Origin: the human T2T-CHM13v2.0 reference genome, Homo sapiens
Assembly (NCBI RefSeq): GCF_009914755.1
Contig: NC_060942.1
DNA: 64,000 nt
Direction: 5' to 3' (one strand)
Position 1 is the stretch's first letter, and each line of letters begins with the position of its first letter. Positions 26,007-38,899 of the stretch are shown piece after piece. The notes below the pieces were generated by a model. That model did not search any database. It saw only the letters and a list, made by a program, of their open reading frames with translations, and was not told the DNA's origin. Both the position numbers and the translations under genes were made by a program.

Positions 26007-27917
26007 TAGGCTACATTTTTTTTTAAACAAAAAGGGTGAAGCTAGGATCCCGATGCTAACTTATGAAGATATTTTGTATCATTCTTTTATACTCTAAGAT
26101 TTAAACCACAAATAATTTAGAATTATAATATGACAATCCCAAGTTATCTAAGCATTACATAGTAGTAGGTTCAGATACAATCAGAGCAACACTAGCTTAA
26201 TCAGGCAGGGTGTGTTTTGGCCATGAAGTACAAATTAACAAGTAGCAGTGACCTAAGCATAAAGTCATGTATTGTTTGCTTAATAAGAAGTCTTGAGGTT
26301 TAAAATTCAGTTATATTCTATTTTTCATGAGTGTATCTATTACACACAAAAAGACAGGTCTGCTCTTGAATGGGGATATGAGTATAAGTCTATTAATATT
26401 TTGGAAATACACATCACTAACTCCTTATAAGGGGTTGGCTTATAAGAAATAGATGGCTAAGAAGGATCTTTAAAGTCATTTTTTTCTTCATTCTGTATTA
26501 CAATGCCACTCTGATAGAGTCAGAGAGCATCAACTCTAAGGTGAATATGAAATATCACCTCAATTTTACATGCTTTATTGTGTACACTTTCTCTTGTGAG
26601 GAGTGGAAGAAGTACCAAAGACATTATTTTTTTCCCTTAGTCCCTGCAGATCTAAAATATTAAGATTCACCAGGAACATTGTTAATAATTACATAGCCTA
26701 AAGCAAGATATAATGTCATAAAAAGCAGACAAGATTTATCTTGGCTAATCCTTAATTCATGTAATCAAGAGCTACTGAAGTGCAATTATCTCCTATTTTT
26801 ATCTTTAACTTTAGCTAAAACCATTTTAATTAGCTGTTTTCCTTGTCCATCCCAATGCAGCCACTGACTTCAATAGTACAGTAGATTTTATTCACCATTC
26901 ACCTAAACTTATCATGGTCTAGTAATATTGTCTTATCATTGGACAGTTTTGAAATTATTGATTACCATAATCCTTCTGTTTGCTTAGCCATAGAATTCTG
27001 CAATATTAATAATCAAGGATTGCCTTTGTGGGCTTTTTTAGAAGCAAAAACTAAATTCCTAACCTGTGAGAAATCAAATTTCAGTGATTTCAAATAAGTT
27101 CTGTGAAATAAGGAGGGCAAGGCCTTACATTTGTCAGAATCCTAGAATCATTCATACAGATGAGATCATTTTCTGCTATTGTTTTTTTGAAGGTAGCAGA
27201 TATTTCTATTACTTTATCTCTACCTAACATAAATTCTGTACTTTTGGGTTGAATTTGGAAGTTTTTCCAGAAAATAAATAATTGTTAGTTTACATAATCC
27301 ACACTGAATAAATACACAATTATTAACTATTTCCTTGCTTCTAATTCACAGAGTCAGAACAGACATTTTTGAAGTGGCATTTGAGATACCAGCATCTTCA
27401 GAATATATGGAAAACATGCTGTGGATATTGAACAACACAAGGCTGATCTGGTTAGTACTGTAAATACTGTTTAATTGCCTTTATGTCTAACATTCTTCCT
27501 TTCGACATTTAACATTGAAAACTTCAAGAATATTAAGTTGCATTTTTTATAATGTTGGCTATTATGGGATTATGAAATCTGAGATGTTAATATCAGTAAT
27601 CATAGTGCTGAGGAAGTTATCAGTATACCAAACAGTGCTTCCACATCATTTGAGAATTGTGTGTTAGAGTTTTTGCTTGAATTTTGATATTTATATCAGA
27701 AACCTACAATAAGGTATCAGCAGACAAAATTTTAGTAGATGATTTAAAATATGTTCATAGCAAATACTAACAATATTATTTTTATTTCTATATATTTTCA
27801 TTTGATAAAAATATTTCTGATAATTCCTTCCTTCCTTATTGTGACCTATTTATATTTAGAATAGCAATTATGGAAAATGTCTCATGGTGGGGATACTTAT
27901 GCTTAAAATGTGTTACT

Positions 27918-29220
27918 TCGATTCCATATGAAATTTAAAGTAGTTTTTTCTAATTCTGTGAAGAATGTGAATGATAGCTTGATGGGAATTGTATTGAATC
28001 TATAAATTACTTGGGGCAGTATGGCCATTTTCGTGATATTGATTCTTCCTATCCGTGAGGATGGAAATTTTTCCATTTGTTTGTGTCCTCTTCTTATTTG
28101 TTTGAGCAGGGGTTTGTAGTTCTCCTTGAAGAGGTCCTTCACATCCCCTGTTAGCTGTATGCCTAGGGATTTTATTCTCTTCGTAGCCATTGTGAATGAG
28201 AGTTCATTCATGATTTCGCTCGCTGCTTGTCTATTGTTGGTGTAAAGGAATGCCTGTGATTTTTGCACCTTGATTTTGCATCCTGAGATTATGCTGAAGT
28301 TGCTTATCAGTTTAAGGAGTTTTTGGGCTGAGATGATGGGGTTTCCTAAATTTAAAATCATGTCGTCTGCAAACAGAGACAATTTGACTTCCTCTATTCC
28401 TATTTGAATACCCTTTATTTGTTTCTCTTGCCTGATTGCCTTGGCCAGAACTTCCAATAGTATGTTGAATAGGAATGGTGAGAGAGGGCATCCTTGTCTT
28501 GTGCTGGTTTTCTAAGGGAATGCTTCCAGCTTTTGCTCATTCAATATGATATTGGCTGTGGGTTTGTCATAAATAGCTATTATTTTGAGATATGTTCCAT
28601 CAATACCTAGTTTATTGAAAGTTTTTAACATGAAGGGCTGTTGAATTTTCTCAAAGGCCTTTTCTGCATCTATTGAGATAATCATATTGTTTTTGTCTTT
28701 GATTTTGTTTATGTGATGGATTATGTTTATTGATTTGCATATGTTGAGCCAGCCTTGCATCCCAGGGATGAAGCCAATATGATCATGGTGGATAAGTTTT
28801 TGACCATAAAGAGGAATGAGATCATGTCCTTTTCAGGGACATGGATGAAGCTGGAAGCCATCATCCTCAGCAAACTGAGGACACACATACAGGAACAGAA
28901 ACACAGGAACAGAAAACCAAACACTGCATGTTCTCACTCATAAGTGGGCGTTGAACAATGAGAACACATGGACCCAGGGAGGGGAACATCACACACCAGG
29001 GCTTGTTGCAGGGTGGGGGGCAAGGGGAGAAACTTAGAGGTTCATTCAATAGGGGCAGCAAACCACTATGGCACATGTCTACCTATGTAACAAACTTGCA
29101 CGTTCTGTGCAGGTATCCCGGATCTTAAAGTAAAATAAAAAAAAAAATAAGCCTTAAAAAATAAAAAAAATAGATATGTTCAAATGTAAAAAAAAAATAA
29201 AGACAAATGTAAGCACCTAA
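27918..29220 (+). mobile_element. L1PA (PA7/8-like) with an inverted 5' ORF2-RT segment (27918-28801, antisense) and an extended composite 3' tail
   Basis: ORFs 27903..28457 and 28512..28760 (-) are ORF2 RT (LSLFADDM); sense 3' end starts at 28802; flanking aaaatgtgttact and aaaaagtgttact form a 13-bp TSD (12/13). Confidence 0.88.
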
Positions 29221-29544
29221 AAAAAGTGTTACTCTGCTAATGTACAAATCATGCTTCTGAAAATCATAGAAACAAAGTTATAAATGTCTTAGACATCAAT
29301 CAAATGTATTTTCTTATTTTACAATTGAAATATTAGGAGGCCACATAGCTAGTAGCAGACTCAGAAATTACACTCAGGTTTCTCACATAGAATCTTTTCA
29401 TTATAAAAAACTAGTTTTCAGACAACTTGACTATTATATTCCCAAGGAAGAAAACTAATTTTATTATTAACTTGAGGTTATAGACAAAATAAAAACTATG
29501 ACAGGATTTGATATAACAACTGTTTTTTTTTGAATTAACTGGGT

Positions 29545-30147
29545 TTTTATTATTATTATTATACTTTAAGTTTTAGGGTACATGTGCACAATGTGCAGGT
29601 TAGTTACGTATGTATACATGTGCCATGCTGGCATGCTGCACCCATTAACTAGTCATTTAGCATTAGGTATATCTCCTAATGCTATCCCTCCCCTCTCCCC
29701 CCACCCTACAACAGTCCCCAGAGTGTGATGTTCCCCTTCCTGTGTCCATGTGTTTGTTCTCACTGTTCTCATTGTTCAGTTCCCACCTATGAGAGAGAAC
29801 ATGCGGTGTTTGGTTTTTTGTCCTTGCGATAGTTTACTGAGAATGATGATTTCCAATTTCATCCATGTCCCTACAAAGGACATGAACTCATCATTTTTAT
29901 GGCTGCATAGTATTCCATTGTGTATATGTGCCACATTTTCTTAATCCAGTCTATCATTGTTGGACATTTGGCTTGGTTCCAAGTCTTTGCTATTGTGAAT
30001 AGTGCCACAATAAACATACATGTGCATGTGTCTTTATAGCAGCATGATTTATAGTCCTTTGGGTATATACCCAGTAATGGGTCAAATGGTATTTCTAGTT
30101 CTAGATCCCTGAGGAATCGCCACACTGCCTCCGAGCTACCGGAGGAA
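29545..30147 (-). mobile_element. 5'-truncated young L1PA (PA2-4-like)
   Basis: Canonical 3' UTR (acaacagtccccagagtgtg); ORF 29871..30164 reads LRDLELEIPFDP...KDTCTCMF. Confidence 0.92.
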
Positions 30148-30228
30148 CAAGAACTCTTTTGCAACTTGAAATTTGTATTTGTGACTAGATTGGGGATTCA
30201 ATAATTAGGTCACAATAAACTGAACTAA

Positions 30229-30540
<312 letters not shown>

Positions 30541-31292
30541 TGCCTTATATTTCATGAGAGCAGCAAAATGTCATTGCTTTAACACTATATACACATAGTT
30601 TTATTTCCTTTTCCTTTCTGTAATATATTAAATATGACTTATGGTGTTTCCCACAATAACAAAGCATTTATACAATTTAGTCCATTAAGTCAAGTACCTA
30701 ATTATACTAAAAACAAACAAACAAACAAACAAAAAACAGTGAGATAAACTTCCGAGACTGTGAAGGAAAAGAATAATAGAACTTCCGATTTTTCAGTAAT
30801 CTGACAATTACCTCTTTATATCCCCCCAAAAAAGGGGTAAATATGCTTTTTTTGGACAATTGTTTATATGAGTGTTATTTTCTTATTTTAGAGCATTTGG
30901 AAAATATAGAAAATTACACAGAAAAATTTTTTTTAATTACCCATGCTTCTACCCAGAGAAAATCACTACTATTTTTTTCTTCCCATTCTCTCTCTCTCTC
31001 CTTTCTCTGTCTCTCTCTTTAATCTCATATAATTTTATTCTTTTCATTGATTTATTTTGCCACATGAAATTCTTGTCAAATTACTTAAGGTTTTCCTCCA
31101 AAAATTCTATAAAGCTCTTAATTGAAATCCTGGAAATTTACAGTTTATATTACTGAAACTTTTTATGAGAGAACATTTATTTAAGTTGTATATTTTGTTC
31201 CTCAGTAAAGTTTTATGGGTTTTTTAAATATAAATCCTATGGTATTTTATATGCTTAGGCATTTTATATACTTCATTCCTCCTGTGACTAGC

Positions 31293-31293
<1 letters not shown>

Positions 31294-31330
<37 letters not shown>

Positions 31331-31331
31331 C
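31294..31331. repeat. (CA)n microsatellite
   Basis: About 16 CA units. Confidence 0.95.
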
Positions 31332-31638
31332 TTGCTATTACACTGTATATCGTTTTCATATTTTTATAACCAGCCAACTTAATGGGTTCTTACTACTTTT
31401 AATAGACTATATGGTTGATTATTTGGAATTCCAATGGCAGAAAATCATATCATCTGCAAATAAGGATAATTCTGTCTTTACATTTTCATTATTCGTATGT
31501 CCTAACTAGGACTTCCAAGAGAACATGACGTAATAGTGGTGGTAATAGACATTCTTCATGCTGCCTTGACTGTAATGGGATGCCCCTGAGGTTTCACTGT
31601 TAAATATGATGTTGGCCATTGTTTTGAGATAAACATGG

Positions 31639-31999
31639 TGTATTAGGCTGTTCTCAGGCTGCTAATAAGGACATACCCGAGACTGGGTAATTTATAAAGG
31701 AAAGAAGTTTAGTGGACTCTCAGTTCCACGTGGCTGGGGAGTCGTCACAATCATGACAGAAGACGAAGGAAGAGCAAAGGGATGTCTTACATGATGGAAG
31801 GCAAGAGAGTGTGTGCAGGAGAACGGTCCTTTTATAAAAGCATCTGATCTCATGAGACTTATTCACTATCATGAGAAAAGCACAGGAAAAACCCACCCCT
31901 TTGTCTAAATTCCCTCCCACTGAGTGCCTTCCATAACACATAGGGATCATGGGAGCTACAATTCAAGGTGAGATTTGGGGACACAGCCAAACCATGTCA
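31639..31999 (-). mobile_element. THE1 solo LTR within an L1M remnant
   Basis: tgtattaggctgttctcaggctgctaataagg...cagccaaaccatgtca; TSD CATGG on both sides. Confidence 0.92.
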
Positions 32000-34900
32000 C
32001 ATGGTTTACCACATTTAGAAATTATTCTTACATTTTTAGTTTATTGAGATTTGTTTTGTCTGCTTTTATCAGGCTCAGTGCTGAAATTTGTTAAATGATA
32101 CTTAAGCATCTGTTGAGATTATCATTTTATTTTCCTTCTTTGATCATTTCATGTGAAAAAATGTGTTTGTATATTTTATATCATTAAACCATTATCAAAG
32201 TTTCAGATTCTCCTAGAACTTGGTTATTTCTTTAACACACGTATTTATATCATTTTATATTTTTATATGCTTATGTTCCTGGATAAGATAAACTTTCTTC
32301 ACCCTTAACAATCAGGATTTGTTGGCTTGATTATCTATTTATTTATCTATAGTTCTCTATAGATAAATATCCAGTTACCCGGAAATCCATACTGTTCAAA
32401 TGAAAGAATACACTGTGGTTGTAGATTGCACAATGTAGCCTTCCGGCCACAGTGGGTAAGGTTTAGGGGTTGGGGAGGAGGTGGAAAGTCCTCAGTAGTC
32501 TTTGGAATAATGGTAAAATGGAATAGGCAGCCCCTTCTCCATCAGATCCTCTGCAGGGCTCCAGCTGCCACTATGCAATCTCCAGACAACACCTGGGCTC
32601 CAGGTCCCTAATGGTGCATCAGTGCTGCAGCTGCATTCTATTCCTTTAAGATCCTGCTCTGCAGCAGAGCGAATATTTTTCTATTTTTACATATTTCTAA
32701 ACTCGATGGAATTTTTTAGTTATGTTTCCATATCCAGATATATTTAATAAATAATTTTATAATTACAAAATCTTAACATGTAATGTGAAAATTATAAATA
32801 ATTGACAATGATCCAAAAAAATCCTGCAATTTTCCACCATCCAAAGATAATCAATCTATATGTTTTGATATATCTTTCCATTATTTTTCTACGCATTAGG
32901 ACTAATTAGAAAATTTAATTTATATTGAGATGTTAGTAGCTAAGAAAAACTTAATGTAATATATTCCTGAGGCAATCTATTGGCATTGGATATGAAGCCT
33001 TATTGCTTTGTACAAAGGAGGAAGAACTAAGAGGGAATGTTTTGTCTCATAAGCTGTGGACAAATGCATGTATGTATGTGTGCATGTGTGTGACAGAGAG
33101 AGGGCTGAAAACTTTGTTTTAAATTACAGCATTTGAAGTGATGAAGAATGTTAGTCTTATTCTAAATAAAATCAGTTACCTAAGTCATCACTGTGTAATT
33201 TGCTGAAATATTCACCTTTCATAAACCCTTGCAGGTTTCAGCAAAACCCTGGTCACTCTTGAAAACATTTATGGTGTGTCTATTGGCCTAATTGCCACAA
33301 CTCTTATAGTTCAGGTCTTGTATTTTGTCCACTTTGGCAAGCCCACCAGTGACACTGCCGTCATCATTCATGCAGACAGAAAGTCCAGTCATGCCACCTG
33401 CCTCTCTGGTTCTATCCCCCATCTCTTTCCCCATCATCCCTTCCTGGATCTGAGAGCACCCTGCATTCTGCTCCTGTGGCCAACTAAAGCTTCACTACCA
33501 AGGTAACTCATCTGCTATGGTGACAACGAAAACCACAACATGGGGTGGCGAAGTTATCACTGAGTACAACAGCTCACATTTTTGAGCCCTCAGTCCTTCT
33601 TGAGCCAGATCAACAACCCTTCTTCCAAAGGAGGCATGCCCGGCTTCTCTCCTCCCTGCCACCAGTTTCCAAAGCACTTAGCTTCCTGAGATCTCACCCT
33701 CTTGTTCAGTTCTTTGCTGACTTCCTAAATGGTGATGACTCTGCCTGGCACCCACTTGTGTTCAAATGATTGGAAACAAAAAATTCCAGCTGAGCCTGGG
33801 TGATTTATCCAGGCTAGGGCACAGAATATTCTTTTTACCTTTCCTATACAACCAACGTCACTGATCACTAATGAGGATGTAAACAAATGAAGAGGCTGCC
33901 AAGTGCACCCTGCCCTATTGAGCCGTCTGCATGGAGGTTCTTAAGTCAGTATCTACCATCCAGCCACTGCTGATTATCTCCCAATCTCATATACTTGACT
34001 ATTTTCAGCATTTGTACACCAGTAGAGAAAAAAGCGAATGTTCAAGTGAGGTAACTGAAAAGCATGATTTATTAAACACCTATTGATTTTTACAGAGGGG
34101 TTCCCCCATTGGAGAAATCAGAAAACAGTGATCAGTGAGGGTGGGAATAAAGAAGGAAGATTTCAGCAAAAGGTTGAACATGAGAAAAGGGTGAAGGTTT
34201 GGATTTAAGAAGTAATTAACATGCAAAATGAGAACACCAAGGGAGTTTAATAGATTTAAAACTAAAGGCACACTCAGAAAAAGACTTGAAATGTTAACCA
34301 GTGACAGATGTATATGTATCTGCACTTTCTCATTGATATTGTCAATATTATCTTCTATACTTGACATTTTGCTTAATTTCTAAACTACTTTAAACTGCTA
34401 CTTAGACTTTATACTTCACACTGTAACTCTGAGAACACATTGCTTATAATTTGCTGTGAAAGGCAAAACTTATTCAATGCTACTTATATTCTGAGTGCTT
34501 AATACTTCCTAGAAGTATAATTTCTCAGTCTGGAAAAGACCTCAAAAATAAAGAAACCTGCCCACCCTGTCCCCAAGCTTCTAATTCCATAGAAGGAGGA
34601 GATTGTTCCAGAGAAGGGGTGCTCCTAGCCAAAGACCCAGACCAAATGAATTGACACTAGAACCCACATCTCAAGCTTACAACATCTGATTTTCTTTTGC
34701 ACACCATTAGAGATTCTGCACAGGTTCTAAAAGCTTTGTTTTGTGTTTCAGCATTTCCCAGAGCAAAAGATTTTGCATTCTATATAATTATAGGTTGGTT
34801 TGCTGCAGTCAATAATAGGCCATTTAAATTAGCATAGTCCTTCAGGCCTTGTTGAGTCATTAAGCTCTGCAAAAGAAAGATTAGGAAGGTGATCATTCTT

Positions 34901-35422
34901 TACACATAGTTGTTATTTATGGGGAGTTACTATTATTTTTTAGACACTGGTAAATGTAGGAATTTGAGTCTTTGAAGAATAATTTTATATTCATGAAACA
35001 TTATTTGGTCCACTAGTAGAATTTAAGAATGATGAGGGATATTATGTAAATTTTAGAAAAGAAATTTAATGAAGCTCTAGATAAGATTAATAAAATACAA
35101 GGGAGTAAGTGTGCCTACATTTTTCCCCAGTATTTTTTTGTGCTTTGATTCAAATGTTTATGAAGAAGAAAGCTTAAATTCACTAGGTTCAATGCGCTTT
35201 CTTATCTAACTTAAGTTTTGCTTTGTAATACAAAAGTTTAAAACATTTTTTTAAAGACCTAAATTTACTGCCAATAAAGAATAATAAACAATATTTTGTA
35301 TTCTAGAAGCCATTCTAAATAACTTGATGATTGATAAGAGCCGTTCTTGTCTCTTACTTTTAGTGATAATACCAAATGCAGAATGGTCATATGGAAGGAT
35401 TTCTTTGTGTTTGAGGAGTACC

Positions 35423-35716
35423 TTTTTTTTTTTTCAGGCAATTTCCTAGGTTAAATGTTGGGTTGGAGGAGATTCTAATCATAGCTCACTGTAGCCTCGA
35501 CCTCCTAGCTTCAAGTAATCCTCCCACCTCAGCCTCCCAAGTCGTGGAGACTATAGGTGCACACCACAACACCCTACTAAATTAAAAAAAAATTTTTTAG
35601 ACATAGTGTCTCACTCTGTTGCTCAGGCTGGTCTCAAACTCCTGGCATGAAGGAATCCTCCAGCCTCGGCTTCCCAAAATGCTGGAATTACAGGTGTGAG
35701 CCACTGTGTTCAGCCA
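35423..35716 (-). mobile_element. AluJ with degenerate 3' portion
   Basis: atcatagctcactgtagcctcgacctcc...ggtgtgagccactgtgttcagcc. Confidence 0.8.
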
Positions 35717-35899
35717 TATTTATATTTTCAAAAATTGATTCACTAAACTTGAATGATAGTCATATATTTTAAATCAGTCCAGAAGTTTCTCTATTTAGAA
35801 CATTTTCTACAAGCACTTTTGTGAGTCCATCATTTGTTCTTAAATCCAAGTAACTTCATATGGGATTAAAACATTCAGTTTTCAAATATACTTCCACCA

Positions 35900-36550
35900 A
35901 ATTAGAGTATATAATTTATGCTTTTAGATGTTTTACTGAAAAACGTTCTATTCGGCATTTTGTTTCCAAAATCAGCCCATTTATCCACACTGAAAACCTG
36001 TTGTAACCAGTAGCCCTGTTCCCTGATGATGTCCATGAGTATTTTAGGGAAAACTTTTGGACATGGTATATTACTTAACATATATTTAGAAGGTTTATTA
36101 CTTAAACCAATCACTTTGATACGCAGTTTCAAAAGCTTCTTGAATCATCTGTACCTTGTAAAATGTTCTAATTTGTGGACTTTCATCTGCTTAGTCCATA
36201 AGTTCTTTAATAGCTTCCTAGGCTTCTCATTAATTGCTGTGATAGTGAAAAACATTTCATACTGGTGTTTTTCTCAAGTCAAGCATGATTCCATTTTGCT
36301 ACTCACTTGCTGGCTTTTGCAATGGCATCATGAGAGCATCTTCCAAGTTTTCCAGTCATCTATCTGTCATTGAAAATGATCCCAACCATCCAACAATTTC
36401 TTCCTAAAGTCACTTGCAACATTTATCATTTTTCCCACCACTTTGAACTTCTTGTTGTTTCTTTCATTCATGTTTACTTCATATAAGTCTTTCTCTTCAT
36501 ATCGCTTTTGTGCTTATCACACAAAATGAGTTTAAAAACTGCCTACAGTA
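35900..36550 (-). pseudogene. Tigger/pogo-family transposase remnant
   Basis: ORF 35902..36132 reads FPKILMDIIREQGYWLQQVFSVDK...KMPNRTFFSK, a degenerate form of the pogo/CENP-B motif IIEEGGY.PEQVFN.DETGLFWKKMP.RTFISK around the first catalytic Asp. Confidence 0.72.
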
Positions 36551-36839
36551 TACCTCAAGACAAAGCACCAACAACACAAATGGAGTAAATTGACAGCAGA
36601 AAGGAGAAAGCGAAATCATTGTGCCCAACAGCACATCATCTTTTCCAGCAGCAGAGTGGATGTGGTTTTGCTCCAAAGTGTACTTTGATTTGTAAGAAAT
36701 ATGGTAAGCACAGGTGCCTTTGTATCAGATGTGTTTGTTTCTACATTTGCATCTGTCCTAAATGGAAGGCATGGGCTTATCTTACAAATAAACAAGAGAC
36801 CCCAAATCATAGCTAACTACTTACTACACCAAGGACACC

Positions 36840-37350
36840 TGTGTTTGTTAAGATAAGGTTCAGCTATAATTAACAAATGTTCCTGAACAATAGTGAAGTT
36901 ACAGAAGTTATAGAAAATAATATAGAGGAGTTTCTCCTCCAGACACATTAAATGACTCATGGTAGTTGGTTCGAGTTGGAAAAAGTTATTTCAATATCAT
37001 CAAAGACATAGACTCCTTTTTCTTACCACACCACATCCTCCACACATAGCTTCCATTACATAGTTCAAAATGGCTGCTTAGGCTCCAGTCACTATGTCTA
37101 TGTCCAGCCAACAGAAAGAAAGGGGGCTGAAAAAGTTGATCCTTCACTTTAAGAATACTTCTTAGAAGTTGCATACAACAATTCTATTATATCTCATTGC
37201 CAGAAATTAGTCATACAGCCACACCTAGTTGCAAGGAAGGCTGGAGAATGTAATAATTATTCTGGATGTGACCAACTAAAATCAAGGATTCCATTTAGAA
37301 GGACAACAGGGAGAAAGAATATTGGGGGACAACCAAGAGTCTCTGCCACA
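36840..37350 (-). mobile_element. MLT1J/K-type MaLR LTR
   Basis: caaaatggctgct...tagtcatacagccacacctagttgcaaggaaggctggagaatgt...tctctgccaca. Confidence 0.75.
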
Positions 37351-37914
37351 GTAATTAAATCCAAACATTTTTAGAGGAAGAAGCATTTCACTCCAAATTC
37401 CTAATCCCTTCAGAAGCCCCAGGTACTCTAAAACTCTTTTATAAATATTCTGGCAATAGCAAAATTCTAACATGTCTAAAACTTGGGAGTCAATTACAGC
37501 GTCAAAGGGAGCTGGCCTCAGGTACCAACCTGACTGCCTGTGGATTCATGTCTCTAGGGGGTTCACCTGGCACAAATGAGCATCAAGAACCCTGCCCTGA
37601 AGGAGTAGTCCATGCCCTCTGCTTTTGTTTAGCCCCACAGAGCCCAGCCCTGTGCCTGGAAGAAATATAAAACAAAGCAAGCATTTGCTGACAACAGCAC
37701 AGAAACATCAGGTAGGAAGAGACATTAGAGATTAGCCATCTAAGCTCTTCTCCTTTCAGATGAAAGGACTAAAACCTTTGGAAAGCTCTGGTTATGCGCA
37801 GGCTCAGTGTAAACGAATTTTCTCCTATGATCTTGCTTGACAGTCCATTAGTTTTTCTTCTTTCTAGGTCTCAAAGGGTTTTATGTTTATCTCTCAATAT
37901 ATTGTATAAAGTAA

Positions 37915-38157
37915 TGTAGAAGTTAAAGTATACAAACTCTAAAACCAGGCAGTCAGGATTTGAAACCTAGCTCTCTTAGTTACTATGTGACCTTTGGCAA
38001 ATTATCTAAACTTTCCTTTTCTCAGTTTCCTCATCAAGTAGCAATAAAAAGACTACCTATTTCATCGACCTACTGGGAAAAGTGAATAGATTAATAAATG
38101 TAAAGCACTTAGGACAGTGTCCTGGCATGTGGAAAATGTTCAGTAAATGTTAGCTAG
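37915..38157 (+). mobile_element. MIR
   Basis: tgtgacctttggcaaattatctaa...ctcagtttcctcatc...gtaaagcacttaggacagtg...cagtaaatgttagcta. Confidence 0.85.
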
Positions 38158-38197
38158 TGCTGTCACTGTCAATCAATCTGAAAATAATGGTAACTTC

Positions 38198-38731
38198 TTT
38201 TTTTTTTTAGCTTTTATTTTAGGTTCAGGGGGATGTGTACAGGTTTCTTATATAGGTAAACTCATGTCACGGGGGTGTGTTTCCTGATCTTCTCCCTCCT
38301 CCTAACCTCCAACCTCAAGCAGGCTCTAGTGTCTGTTGTTCCCCTTTTTGTGTCCATGAGTTCTCTTCATTTAGTTCCCACTTAATTTGCTGAGGATAAT
38401 GATCTCCAGCTCCATCCATGTTCCCGCAAAAGACATGATCTCGTTCTTTTTTATGGCTGCATAATATTTGATGGTGTATATGTACCACATTTTCTTTATC
38501 CAATATGTCATTGATGAGCATTTTGGATGATTCCATGTCTTTGCTATTGTGAACAGTGCTGCAATGAAGATTCACGTGCATGTGTCTTTTATGGCAGAAA
38601 GATTTATATTCCTTTGGGTATATACCCAGTCATGGGATTTCTGGGTTGAATGGTAGTTGTTTTGAGCTCTTTAAGGAATTGCCACACTGCTTTCCACAAT
38701 GTTGAACTAATTTGCACTCCCATCAACAGCA
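38198..38731 (-). mobile_element. Older L1PA 3' fragment with internal deletions
   Basis: Poly-T, ttttattttaggttcagggg...ctccagctccatccatgttcccgcaaaagacatgatctcg. Confidence 0.85.
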
Positions 38732-38734
38732 TTT

Positions 38735-38899
38735 GATAATACAGTGTTGAATAGCTCATGTAATTTATTGAATACTGTACTGAAAGTGAAAAATAAAATG
38801 GTTGTATGGGCAATCAAAGTACAGTTTCTGTTGAATGTGTATTACTTTCACACCAGCATAAAATTGTAAGTCAAACCATTGTAAGTTGGACATTGTCTG
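38735..38899 (+). mobile_element. MER47A (Tigger-family MITE), right half only
   Basis: gtgttgaatagctcatgtaatttattgaatactgtactgaaagtgaaaaa...aaccattgtaagttggacattgtctg followed by TA. Confidence 0.75.

Noticed and set aside
33276-33769. Cluster of 60-76 aa ORFs in unique sequence
   Set aside because: Overlapping on both strands, non-ATG starts in part, and no domain similarity I can identify.
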